From contig JAHBVC010000001.1 in NCBI GenBank assembly GCA_019637755.1, positions 1,521,104 through 1,585,103 of the forward strand: a stretch of 64,000 nt of DNA, in the 5' to 3' direction. This stretch comes from Anaerolineales bacterium. GTDB lineage: Bacteria; Chloroflexota; Anaerolineae; Anaerolineales; UBA11579. Shown piece by piece: positions 1-8,404 of the stretch. Each line of letters begins with the position of its first letter. The first letter of the stretch is position 1. Under the pieces are notes generated by a model, which was given only the letters and a program-made list of their open reading frames with translations, did no database searches and was not told where the DNA came from. The position numbers and the translations under genes were made by a program.

Positions 1-395
1 AGGGTGGGGAAGCTGGCCGCGGCCAGCGCCAGGGCCAGCGCGGCTGCTTTGTGGCCCGTGCGCGCGTAGACTGCCGCACTGAGCACGAATACACACCCGA
101 AGGCGCTGGCTATGTTGAGTAGCGTAGTGCTGGTGAAAGGGTGCAGCCCGGCCTGCAGGCCGCCCGCCAACAGCCACGGGTATAGCGGCTGGTGCAGCGT
201 GAGCGGGCGGTAAACCCCCGCGGGGGAGAGCAGGCTCAGCCCGTGGCCAGCGGCCAGGTTGCGCGCCGCGGCAATGTAGGCCGCCGAATCACTGAAGGCC
301 CAAGGCCCCCAGTGCATTTGCCACCACACCGCCCAGGCGGCCAGCAGACCCAGCGCCGCCAGCAGCCAGTAGAAACGATCCTTGATGATGGCCAT
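1..395 (-). CDS. integral membrane protein, N-terminal part (GT-C / ArnT-PMT-like glycosyltransferase suspected); remainder lies outside the window
   Basis: Not in the ORF track because it runs off the edge. Reverse-strand ATG at 395..393 gives MAIIKDRFYWLLAALGLLAAWAVWWQMHWGPWAFSDSAAYIAAARNLAAGHGLSLL..., which is helix-rich. It starts 2 nt after the stop of gene 398..2083. Confidence 0.5.
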   Translation of the reverse strand, partial: MAIIKDRFYWLLAALGLLAAWAVWWQMHWGPWAFSDSAAYIAAARNLAAGHGLSLLSPAGVYRPLTLHQPLYPWLLAGGLQAGLHPFTSTTLLNIASAFGCVFVLSAAVYARTGHKAAALALALAAASFPT

Positions 396-397
396 GC

Positions 398-2083
398 TCA
401 CTCAGCAAACGTGTAGACGCGCACGCCCCCTTGTTCGCTCAGCAGGCGTAGGCCGAGGGACAGCATCGTCTGTTCAGTGGCGGCGAAGTCGCTGTAATCG
501 TGCGGGTCGATCAGTACATACTCCACGCGGTATTCGCGCAAGGTGGCAATGCTGTGCGCATCCGGAAAGTGCTCGAGGATCGGTGCCAGGTACTGATACT
601 GCGCTGGCTGGTTGGCATTGAAGAAGCCCCCGGTGAAGGGCTTCTGGTGAGTCAGGGCGTAATACACTTGCTCCTGGTCTACCGAGCGGCTAAACGGCAA
701 TTGCACCACTGCGCCATTGCCCGGCTGCTGTGCCAACCAAGCATCCACTGGCCGCGCTTCGACGGGCAGGATATGCCGATCCGGACCGGGGTAAAAATCG
801 AGCAGCACCAGCGCCAGCAGGGCCACGGTAGCCCAGCGCTGCCAACGCTGCGGCAGCCGGCGCAGTAGTAGATCGGCCCCCAGGCCGGCGATCAGCGCCG
901 CAAACAGCAGCGCAAAGACGCCCATGCGCATGATCGCGCGCATTTTTGCAAAGAAGGGCACATATTCATATAGCCATAGGCTGGGCAAAGGCACGCGCTG
1001 GCCTGCCACGAGCACCAGCTCGCCATTCCAGTGTAGGTGCGGGCCCATGGCGATCAGCACCGCGGCCAGCATGCTGATGGCGGCGAGGGTGAGTAGGCTG
1101 CGCTCCGCAAGCTCTTTGCGGCGCACAAAGGCTACGGCCAGCAGGGCAAGCGTGATAACGCCAATATACAGTGAGCCTTCGATCCATTGCGAACGATCGA
1201 GAACCTGGCTAATCCAGCCACCCCACAGAAAATGACTGGACGCCGGCGCCAGAAAATCGGTCAGGCTGGCAGCATACGCGTCCATATAGTCCACACTACG
1301 ATCCGCCAGGCCGCCCTGGCCCGCCAACGCCAGGAAGGGGCGTAAGGCGAGGTAAAGGACGGGGGCGCTGAGCAATGCGGTGGCGCCCAGCCGCAGCCAG
1401 GTGGCGAGCTGGCGGTACGCCGGGCGCGTGAGCAGGAAAAAACTGCCCACGAATACCACGCTGATCAGCAAGGTGAACAGCAGGTAATACATCGAAGTGA
1501 AGGCGATCAGGCCTAGCGCGCCTGCGCAGAGCAGCGCCCAACCCCAATGGAACTTCTTTCCGGCGCGCAGCACTTCGTACAGGCCCAGAAAATACAGCGG
1601 AAACCAGGCGGTGGCCGAGAGATTCAGATGGCCGGCTTGATAATGGGCGATGCGATTGGGGAAAAAGGCATATAGCGTGCCCGCCAGCAGGCTGGCGGCG
1701 GCGGAACGCGTATAGCGGTAGACCCAGACATACATCGCCAGGCCGGAGAATACAAAGCTCAACCACATCCCGATGTTGTAGCCCGCCACCGGCCCCCACA
1801 GCAGGCTAAACGGCAGGCTGGGCAGCAAGGCCGCCAGGCTGGTATCCGTCGTGGAAAGGTTCCAGCCCTGCGGGTAATTCATCAGCGGGTTGAAGAAGAT
1901 GTGTGGGTTCTCGCCAGTAAAGAAGCCCTGATACCAGCGCACCAGCCACACAAAATAGATCCCATCCCCCTGGGTGCCCCCGCGTATGGCTTCAGTAAAG
2001 TTCAGTACCAGTGGATAGGTAAAAATGAGGGCTACGAGCAGGAAAAAGAGCCCCGCAAGGACAAAGTATTTCAGCCTTGGCAT
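398..2083 (-). CDS. polytopic membrane protein (YfhO/GT-C-like, putative glycosyltransferase)
   Basis: 561-aa ORF with many hydrophobic helices (MPRLKYFVLAGLFFLLVALIFTYPL...) and a soluble C-terminal domain. High GC3 frame. The function is only a family-level guess. Confidence 0.6.
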   Translation of the reverse strand: MPRLKYFVLAGLFFLLVALIFTYPLVLNFTEAIRGGTQGDGIYFVWLVRWYQGFFTGENPHIFFNPLMNYPQGWNLSTTDTSLAALLPSLPFSLLWGPVAGYNIGMWLSFVFSGLAMYVWVYRYTRSAAASLLAGTLYAFFPNRIAHYQAGHLNLSATAWFPLYFLGLYEVLRAGKKFHWGWALLCAGALGLIAFTSMYYLLFTLLISVVFVGSFFLLTRPAYRQLATWLRLGATALLSAPVLYLALRPFLALAGQGGLADRSVDYMDAYAASLTDFLAPASSHFLWGGWISQVLDRSQWIEGSLYIGVITLALLAVAFVRRKELAERSLLTLAAISMLAAVLIAMGPHLHWNGELVLVAGQRVPLPSLWLYEYVPFFAKMRAIMRMGVFALLFAALIAGLGADLLLRRLPQRWQRWATVALLALVLLDFYPGPDRHILPVEARPVDAWLAQQPGNGAVVQLPFSRSVDQEQVYYALTHQKPFTGGFFNANQPAQYQYLAPILEHFPDAHSIATLREYRVEYVLIDPHDYSDFAATEQTMLSLGLRLLSEQGGVRVYTFAE

Positions 2084-2092
2084 AACCAGAGA

Positions 2093-2098
2093 ATTATA
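2093..2098 (-). promoter_or_regulatory. -10-like TATAAT, 9 nt upstream of the start at 2083
   Basis: Reverse strand reads aacTATAATtctctggttATG. Confidence 0.4.
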
Positions 2099-2106
2099 GT
2101 TTCTAT

Positions 2107-2152
2107 TAAAAAAGAGTCTGCTGGCCGGTTAGTTGACTAACCGGCCAGCAGA
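2107..2152 (-). terminator. rho-independent terminator downstream of rex
   Basis: Perfect 15-bp stem TCTGCTGGCCGGTTA / TAACCGGCCAGCAGA (2117..2131 and 2138..2152). It is followed on the minus strand by a T-run (the plus-strand A-run at 2108..2113). Confidence 0.75.
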
Positions 2153-2177
2153 TGTAGATGCTGAAACTTGGCTTAGT

Positions 2178-2795
2178 TCAGTCCAGATAATAGGTCATGC
2201 GCTGCAAGTGGATCGAGGGATCGATGTTCTGCACGCGGATGCCGGGCGGCACGGTGAGGTTCACCGGCGCGTAGCTAAGGATCGCCTGGATGCCGGCCGC
2301 CACCAATTGGTCGGCCACGGTTTGGGCCGCTTGGGCCGGCACGGCGATCATGGCCATTTTGACCCCGGCCGCCTGCACCTCATCCTTCAAGGTGGCTGAA
2401 TCTTTGATCACGAAATCGCCGTGTTTTTCGCCAATACGCGCCGGCGAATTATCGAAAATATCGCGGATCTTGAAGCCGCGTTCGCTAAAGCCGCTGTAGC
2501 CGGCCAAGGCGCGGCCAATATCACCGGCGCCCACAATGATCACTTCCCAATTTTTGTTGACGCGCAAGATCTCGCGCACCTGATTGGCCAGGTATTCGAT
2601 GTTGTAGCCGGTGCCCTGTTTGCCGAATTCGCCAAACTGCGAGAGATCCTTGCGGATCTGTGCCGCCGAGATGCCCAAGCGCTCACCCAGTTCTTGTGAG
2701 CTGGTTACCTGGCGCCCCTCGGCCAGCATGTGTTGCAGCGCCCGCAGGTACACCGGCAGGCGGCCGATCACGATATCGGGGATTTGTTTTGCCAT
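2178..2795 (-). CDS. rex: redox-sensing transcriptional repressor Rex
   Basis: IPDIVIGRLPVYLRAL...QELGERLGISAAQIRKDLSQFGEFGKQGTGYNI, plus a Rossmann motif IIVGAGDIGRAL. The start was moved to MAKQ (ATG at 2795), which has a GGGAGA SD 9 nt upstream. The longer ORF start at 2846 was rejected. Confidence 0.9.
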   Translation of the reverse strand: MAKQIPDIVIGRLPVYLRALQHMLAEGRQVTSSQELGERLGISAAQIRKDLSQFGEFGKQGTGYNIEYLANQVREILRVNKNWEVIIVGAGDIGRALAGYSGFSERGFKIRDIFDNSPARIGEKHGDFVIKDSATLKDEVQAAGVKMAMIAVPAQAAQTVADQLVAAGIQAILSYAPVNLTVPPGIRVQNIDPSIHLQRMTYYLD

Positions 2796-2838
2796 CTTCG
2801 TTTGTCTCCCGCCAAAAACTCTAACATTAAAATCCATC

Positions 2839-2856
2839 TTGTGCAATTACCCACAA
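2839..2856. promoter_or_regulatory. candidate Rex operator (TTGTG-N8-CACAA)
   Basis: TTGTGCAATTACCCACAA lies in the rex-obg intergenic region, 44 nt upstream of the rex start. The outer pentamers match the Rex box TTGTGAA-N4-TTCACAA. Confidence 0.55.
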
Positions 2857-3022
2857 TGAGAGTACAAGCAGGGTGCAAATTGAACCATACGCGTTTGGAG
2901 AAAAGTTGCCGTTAGCGTGCGAATTCAGATCGCGAGTGTGGGGCTTTTCATTCCGCACACACAACATTTGGCGCGGCGCTCGCCCAGCCAGGCGTCCCTC
3001 GAGCGAGTATCATTCCCTATCT

Positions 3023-4291
3023 ATGGATAGCCATTTCATCGATGAAGTAGAAATTACCGTCAGCTCCGGCAAGGGCGGCGACGGCATGGTGCACTTCCGC
3101 CGGGAGCGCTTTGTGCCGCGCGGCGGGCCGGATGGCGGCGACGGGGGCCGCGGCGGTTCAGTGATCCTGGAAGTGGAAGATTCCATGCGCACCCTGTACA
3201 ACTTCCGCCGCCAGAAGAAATTCGCGGCTGAGGAAGGCCGTCCCGGTGGCCCCAGCAATCGCAGCGGGCGCGGCGCCCCCGATCTGGTGCTAAAAGTGCC
3301 CGTGGGCACGCTGGTGTATGACGCCAGCCGCGGTGACCTATTGGCCGATCTGGTGCATGCCGGGGAGCGTTACGAGGCCGCCCGCGGCGGCCGTGGCGGG
3401 CGTGGCAACCAGCATTTCGCCAACTCGCGCAACCAGGCACCGCGCATTGGCGAAAAAGGTGCCCCCGGCGAAGAAAAGACCCTACGCCTGGAGCTCAAGC
3501 TGCTGGCAGATATTGGCATCGTCGGCGTGCCCAATGCCGGCAAATCCACCCTGCTCGCGGCGCTCACCAATGCGCGCCCGCGCATCGCCAACTATCCCTT
3601 CACCACCCTGGCGCCCAACCTCGGCGTAGCCGTGCTGGATGAAGAGACTGATCTGGTATTGGCGGATATCCCTGGCCTTATCGAGGGCGCCCATACCGGC
3701 AAAGGGTTGGGGCATGACTTTTTGCGCCATATCCAGCGCACGCGTGTATTGATCCATCTATTGGACGGCATGGCCGAGGCGCCGCTAGCGGATTACACCC
3801 AGATCAATAGCGAGCTGGCTTTGTTTGACCCGCAGTTGGGTAGCAAGCCCCAGGTGGTGGCGGTCAATAAGATCGATCTGCCCGATGTGCAAGCACGTTG
3901 GCCGGAATTGCAAGCCGGCCTGAAGAAGCTCGGCGTAGCTTCGCCGCTGGCCATCTCCGCCGTCAGCGGCCAGGATGTGCGCCGCCTGCTGGGGCGCGCC
4001 GCCGAGGCTTTGCGCGCCCTGCCCGAACCGGTGGCCGATGAGTTGCCGGTCTACCGGCCCGAAACGGACCCAACGGAGTTCGAGATCACCCGCGAGCCCG
4101 ACGGTTGGCGCCTGCACGGCGCCGCCATTGAACGCGCCGCGGCGATGACCTATTGGGAGCATGACCAATCGGTCAGCCGCTTCCAGCGTATTCTGCGCCA
4201 GCTCAAGATCGATGTTGCCCTGCGAGAAAAGGGCGTGGTGGATGGTGATACCGTGTTTATCGGTGAGTATGAACTGGAATGGAAAGACTGA
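3023..4291 (+). CDS. obg: GTPase Obg/CgtA
   Basis: FIDEVEITVSSGKGGDGMVHFRRERFVPRGGPDGGDGGRGG (Obg fold). G-domain motifs GVPNAGKST, DIPGLIEGA and NKID. OCT-like C-terminal domain. Start taken at MDSHFIDE (ATG 3023). Confidence 0.95.
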   Translation: MDSHFIDEVEITVSSGKGGDGMVHFRRERFVPRGGPDGGDGGRGGSVILEVEDSMRTLYNFRRQKKFAAEEGRPGGPSNRSGRGAPDLVLKVPVGTLVYDASRGDLLADLVHAGERYEAARGGRGGRGNQHFANSRNQAPRIGEKGAPGEEKTLRLELKLLADIGIVGVPNAGKSTLLAALTNARPRIANYPFTTLAPNLGVAVLDEETDLVLADIPGLIEGAHTGKGLGHDFLRHIQRTRVLIHLLDGMAEAPLADYTQINSELALFDPQLGSKPQVVAVNKIDLPDVQARWPELQAGLKKLGVASPLAISAVSGQDVRRLLGRAAEALRALPEPVADELPVYRPETDPTEFEITREPDGWRLHGAAIERAAAMTYWEHDQSVSRFQRILRQLKIDVALREKGVVDGDTVFIGEYELEWKD

Positions 4292-4299
4292 GCGCGCGG

Positions 4300-5751
4300 C
4301 TATTCGCCAAAATACTCGTTGATGATCTCATCCAACGCCTGGCCACTGCTGGCTTGTAGTAAGGCCAGGAAGCTGGCGCCATCGGCCAATTGGCCGCGGT
4401 AGCGCGTGGCATAGGCCTGCAAGAAGTCTAAGAAGGCTTCGTCGCCGATGCGCTGGCGCACCGCATGCAGGAACTGGGCGCCGCGTAAATAATTGGCATT
4501 CACATAGGGGCGGAAGCCCTCCAGCTCGTAGGCGCTGCGCCCCACGCGGCCTTGCGGTTCCCACTGCTCGACGCGGAACTGCCACCACCAGTCCTGCGCG
4601 TTGGGATGCGCCTCCTGGTAATACAGCAATTCAGCATAGGTGGCCAGCGCCTCATCCAGCCAGGCTTCATGGGCTGCATCGTTGCCTACTGCACCGAACC
4701 ACCAGTTGTGCGCGGTTTCATGCGCGCTGAGCGTGGTGAGCAGGTTGCGCGGCGTGCCGTCATAGCTCTTGAAGTAACCCATATCCAAGAAGAACATGCC
4801 GTCCGATTCCATGCCGTCTGGAAAGATGCACTCCACCAGCACCAAGTGCTCGTAGGGATAGGTGCCGAACAAGCGCTCGTAGATTTCCAGTGCTTTGGCG
4901 GCGGTGCGCACGGCCGCCTGCGCCGCGGCGCGCTCCTCTTCAAAGTAATACACCGTCACCGGAATGTTGCCTTCCCCGGCGCGGAGCGTCTCGGCCTGGT
5001 AGTGGCCGCTGGCAGCCCAGACAAAGCGGCGTGCGTGTGCCAATTGGTAGTGCCAGCCGCCCTCACGCCGCGTCTCGGGCGCGGGCGCAGCGATTTGCAA
5101 CAGGGCCGGCGGGTGCACGGTGTATAGCGAAACGTCAAAATCGGCGCTTTCGTACACCAGGTATTCGCCTTGCGGCGTGGGCTCGTTGATCACCCAGCCG
5201 CGCTCGGCCAGATAGGGTGGGATGAAGGGATACCAATCGATAAAGGTCATCTGGCGCGCGGTCCAGCCCAGTAGGGTTGGCCGTTCGGGCACCGCAATGG
5301 CATAGTCAATCTCGATGTGCAGCACCTCGCCTGGCAGCAGCGGGCGTGCGAGCAACAACTCCGCGGAACCGCCCTGGGCGCGGCCGTGGTAACTCCAGTC
5401 TGTGCCGCGGTCATACTCGATCGAGGTGATTGTGATCAGCTCGTCGGCCACGGGCACTACCAGCGGGATCATATCCAGCGGGAGGGCTTGGTTGTTCGTA
5501 TAGCGGATCTCTTGACTCACCGCCAAATAGTGCGCGGCAAAATCCAGCGTGGCGATCAGGCGATACTGTGGGCGCACCGCAGGCACGGGGGCGCGGTACG
5601 TGGGGCTGGGCGCCGCGCTGGGGCTGGCTGTTGCGCTGGCCTGGGGCGTTGGCGCCGCGGGTGTGGCTGCGAGGGGGCCAGGCGTCGCGGCTGGGCCGCG
5701 GCAGGCCGCTAGCAGCAGCAGCGCCAGCCACATCCGCACGGGGCGTTTCAT
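4300..5751 (-). CDS. M1-family zinc metallopeptidase, lipoprotein
   Basis: HETAHNWWFG...WLDEALATY (HExxH-18-E gluzincin motif). Signal peptide with lipobox MKRPVRMWLALLLLAAC. The ATG at 5751 overlaps the rnhB stop (ATGA). The longer ORF reaching 6132 was rejected because it overlaps rnhB. Confidence 0.8.
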   Translation of the reverse strand: MKRPVRMWLALLLLAACRGPAATPGPLAATPAAPTPQASATASPSAAPSPTYRAPVPAVRPQYRLIATLDFAAHYLAVSQEIRYTNNQALPLDMIPLVVPVADELITITSIEYDRGTDWSYHGRAQGGSAELLLARPLLPGEVLHIEIDYAIAVPERPTLLGWTARQMTFIDWYPFIPPYLAERGWVINEPTPQGEYLVYESADFDVSLYTVHPPALLQIAAPAPETRREGGWHYQLAHARRFVWAASGHYQAETLRAGEGNIPVTVYYFEEERAAAQAAVRTAAKALEIYERLFGTYPYEHLVLVECIFPDGMESDGMFFLDMGYFKSYDGTPRNLLTTLSAHETAHNWWFGAVGNDAAHEAWLDEALATYAELLYYQEAHPNAQDWWWQFRVEQWEPQGRVGRSAYELEGFRPYVNANYLRGAQFLHAVRQRIGDEAFLDFLQAYATRYRGQLADGASFLALLQASSGQALDEIINEYFGE

Positions 5752-6404
5752 GCGGGCGCCTTCATTGGTGCGAAGCTGCGCCGGTGGTGGGCACACGGCC
5801 CGTACGTGGCGATGGCGGCGCGGTGGGCGGCGGTGGCGTAGCCCTTGTGCTGGGCGAAGCCATAGTGGGGAAACTCGGCGTCCAGGCGGCTTAATTCGGC
5901 ATCGCGTGCGGTTTTGGCCAGCACTGAGGCTGCGGCAATGCTCAGGCTGCGTGCATCGCCGCCGATCAAGGCGGTTTGCGGCAAGGGGTTCTCCGCCAGG
6001 CGAATTGCATCCAGCAGCAAGTGCTGCGGGGCCAGCGTCAAGGCGGCCAGCGCCCGGCGGGTGGCGAGGTAGCTGGCCTGCAGGATATTGATCGTATCGA
6101 TTTCGTCTACGCTGGCGCTGGCGACTGCCCAAGCCAACGCATACTGGCGAATGCGTGGGGCCAACTGCTGGCGTTCGCGGGCAGTGAGCTGCTTGGAATC
6201 GCGTACGCCGCGCAACTGGCGGTGCAGATCGCTGGGCAGGATCACCGCGGCGGCGTAGACCGGGCCGGCCAGGGCGCCGCGCCCGGCTTCATCGGCGCCG
6301 GCCACATACACAATTCCTTGCGCCCATAACTTGCGCTCGTAGCGCAGGCTGGGCCATTTGGGCACTTTTTTCCGCGGGCGTGGCACAGCCGGCCGGCTAG
6401 CCAT
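5748..6404 (-). CDS. rnhB: ribonuclease HII
   Basis: VAGADEAGRGALAGPVYAAAVIL ... DSKQLT ... typical RNase HII motifs. The start overlaps the GT2 stop by 8 nt (ATGGCTAG). Confidence 0.9.
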   Translation of the reverse strand: MASRPAVPRPRKKVPKWPSLRYERKLWAQGIVYVAGADEAGRGALAGPVYAAAVILPSDLHRQLRGVRDSKQLTARERQQLAPRIRQYALAWAVASASVDEIDTINILQASYLATRRALAALTLAPQHLLLDAIRLAENPLPQTALIGGDARSLSIAAASVLAKTARDAELSRLDAEFPHYGFAQHKGYATAAHRAAIATYGPCAHHRRSFAPMKAPA

Positions 6405-7125
6405 AGCGTCCTTGCCAATCGTTGAGGCGAATGCGCAAAATATCGCGCAGCATATGCAGCGTATCGGTCAGCGGGCGCACATGGCTGTGGTCACTGTAGT
6501 ACCAGGGGATCGGCAGTTCCATGATTGCCAGGCCTTGCTTGCGCGCCAGGTACAGGACTTCTACGTCAAATGACCAACCGTCCATGGTTTGCAGGGGGAA
6601 CAACGCCTGCGCGGCGCGGGCGCTGAAGCATTTGAAGCCGCATTGGGTATCCTGCAGGCCGGGCAGCGCCAACGCGCGGATCAGGGCGTTGATCACGCGC
6701 CCACCCACATGGCGCACATCGGGCTCGTTGTAACGCACCGCGCCGGGGGCTTCGCGCGAGGCAATGATCACTTCTGCGCCATTTTGCTGCGGGGGCAGGA
6801 AGCGCGGGATCTCGCTGACTGGCATCGAAAGATCCGCGTCGAGCATCATGCGCCATTCGCCACGCGCCGCCAGCATGCCCAGGCGTACCGCCAGGCCCTT
6901 GCCGCGCCCTGGCGAGGTGAGTACCCGGAAGCCAGCATGCTCGGCGGCGAAGGCCTCGGCGATCGCCAGGGTGCGATCCTGGCTGCCGTTCTCGACGACG
7001 AGAACTTCGTAGGGGTAGCTTTGCTGGCTGACGAAGGCATGCACGCGCGCCAGGCTCTCCGGTAGGCGTTGCTCTTCGTTATAGGCAGGGATGATCAGCG
7101 AGAGGAAGGGGGTAGTAGCAGACAC
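6397..7125 (-). CDS. family 2 glycosyltransferase (polyprenyl-phosphate glycosyltransferase-like)
   Basis: LSLIIPAYNEEQRLPESL...YEVLVVENGSQDRT...DADLS GT-A signature. GTG start at 7125. Confidence 0.85.
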   Translation of the reverse strand: MSATTPFLSLIIPAYNEEQRLPESLARVHAFVSQQSYPYEVLVVENGSQDRTLAIAEAFAAEHAGFRVLTSPGRGKGLAVRLGMLAARGEWRMMLDADLSMPVSEIPRFLPPQQNGAEVIIASREAPGAVRYNEPDVRHVGGRVINALIRALALPGLQDTQCGFKCFSARAAQALFPLQTMDGWSFDVEVLYLARKQGLAIMELPIPWYYSDHSHVRPLTDTLHMLRDILRIRLNDWQGRYG

Positions 7126-7131
7126 ACGGGG

Positions 7132-7137
7132 ATTATA
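7132..7137 (-). promoter_or_regulatory. -10 TATAAT, 6 nt upstream of the GT2 GTG start (leaderless candidate)
   Basis: Reverse strand reads gcgTATAATccccgtGTG. Confidence 0.5.
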
Positions 7138-7160
7138 CGCAGGCCGAGGCGTGCTGTGGT

Positions 7161-7166
7161 TATACT
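7161..7166 (+). promoter_or_regulatory. -10 TATACT, 6 nt upstream of the dtd ATG (leaderless candidate)
   Basis: ggtTATACTgcccctATG. Confidence 0.5.
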
Positions 7167-7172
7167 GCCCCT

Positions 7173-7610
7173 ATGCGAGCTTTGGTGCAACGCGTGCGCG
7201 CCGCTGCGGTGCGTGTGGAAGGGCAGGAGATCGCCCGCATCGCGCAGGGCGTGGTGGTGCTGCTGGGCGTAGGCCCGCAGGATGATGAAAGCCAGGCGCG
7301 CTATCTGGCCGAGAAGATCGCCAACTTACGCATCTTCGAAGATGCCGCGGGCAAAATGAATCGCTCGCTGCTGGAGGTGGGCGGGGCGGCGATTGTGGTT
7401 TCGCAGTTCACGCTGTACGCCGATAGCGAACGCGGCCGGCGGCCCTCCTTTGTCCGTGCCGCCGCACCGCAGCATGCCGAGCCCCTAGTGGCGCGTTTTG
7501 CCGAGTTAGTAGCCGAGCAGGGCGTGGCGGTACAAACCGGGCGCTTTGGGGCCGAGATGCTGGTAGAGATCCACAATGATGGGCCGGTCACCTTGTGGCT
7601 GGAAAAATAA
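7173..7610 (+). CDS. dtd: D-aminoacyl-tRNA deacylase
   Basis: MRALVQRV...VVLLGV...VSQFTLYAD...RGRRPSF...GPVTLWLE, full-length Dtd pattern. Confidence 0.95.
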   Translation: MRALVQRVRAAAVRVEGQEIARIAQGVVVLLGVGPQDDESQARYLAEKIANLRIFEDAAGKMNRSLLEVGGAAIVVSQFTLYADSERGRRPSFVRAAAPQHAEPLVARFAELVAEQGVAVQTGRFGAEMLVEIHNDGPVTLWLEK

Positions 7611-7643
7611 ATCCTGAATTTCTGAGTACTTGTTAGTTACAAA

Positions 7644-8381
7644 CTACTTCCACAGCGCCGCCTCCACCTGAACGGCCAGCGCCCCCGCTGCCAAAAACGC
7701 CTCGGCCTGCTGCGCTGTCTCCACGCCGCCGGCGGCGATCACGGGCGCGCCGGCGCGCTGCAGCGCCTGGGTGACCGCCAGTGCTTGTGGGTAGAGTGCC
7801 GGCCCATAGAGGCGCCCGCTGACCAGCCTACCCGCCCCATCCGGCAGGCTGCCGCGCGGCGGCCCCAGGCTGATGGCGCTGGCCCCGGCGGCCAGGCAGG
7901 CCGTGGCCAATTCTTCGGCCCGCGCCAGGCTAAGCTGGGCGATCAGTGGCCACTTGCTCTGTGCCGCGCGCACCAGCTCGCCCGCCAGTTGTGCGCTGGC
8001 ATCCGCCGCAATGCTGAGTTCCAGGCCGGCCAGGTTATCCAATGCTTCGAGGGGCGGCATCACCTGTGCCAGGCTGGCCGGCTCGTCAATCAATAGATTG
8101 AGAATGATGGGCTGGCTGGCACGCGCCCAGGCCGCGGCGTGCTGCTGCACGGCGCGGCGCAGCCCCGGGTTGGGCCAGCCGGTGTGCAGTAACGCACCGC
8201 CCGGAAACGTGAGCAGGCGCGGCCCCTGGCTGGCGCGGCGTGGCTGCAGGCTGATCGGGTTGGTGACGAAGGCGGCCAGCGGCGGCCAGGCAGGCTGGGC
8301 GGCCTTTGGCGCGAAGCCCAGGCTGCCCGCCGCATTCATGTACGGCCCGGCCAGTTCCAGGCGCGGCACATCGTTTTGCAT
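7644..8381 (-). CDS. dihydroorotate dehydrogenase-like TIM-barrel protein (catalytic residues not conserved)
   Basis: Collinear with class 1 PyrD: LAGPYMNAAGSLGF, NPGL, GRLYGPALYP, VIAAGGV. The catalytic Cys/Ser position (ELNISCPN in PyrD) reads ELSIAADA here. Start chosen at ATG 8381 (MQNDV) because of the -10 spacing. Confidence 0.6.
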   Translation of the reverse strand: MQNDVPRLELAGPYMNAAGSLGFAPKAAQPAWPPLAAFVTNPISLQPRRASQGPRLLTFPGGALLHTGWPNPGLRRAVQQHAAAWARASQPIILNLLIDEPASLAQVMPPLEALDNLAGLELSIAADASAQLAGELVRAAQSKWPLIAQLSLARAEELATACLAAGASAISLGPPRGSLPDGAGRLVSGRLYGPALYPQALAVTQALQRAGAPVIAAGGVETAQQAEAFLAAGALAVQVEAALWK

Positions 8382-8387
8382 GGCGGC

Positions 8388-8397
8388 ATTATATAAT
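8388..8397. promoter_or_regulatory. palindromic ATTATATAAT that supplies a TATAAT on both strands
   Basis: Plus-strand TATAAT at 8392..8397 lies 7 nt before ATG 8405. Minus-strand TATAAT (8393..8388) lies 6 nt before ATG 8381. Confidence 0.55.
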
Positions 8398-8404
8398 CGC
8401 CCGC

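Noticed and set aside
5752-6132. N-terminal extension of the M1 peptidase ORF (610-aa version)
   Set aside because: The extension overlaps rnhB in another frame and is Arg/Pro-rich. An internal ATG (5751) gives a canonical lipoprotein signal peptide and an ATGA overlap with the rnhB stop.
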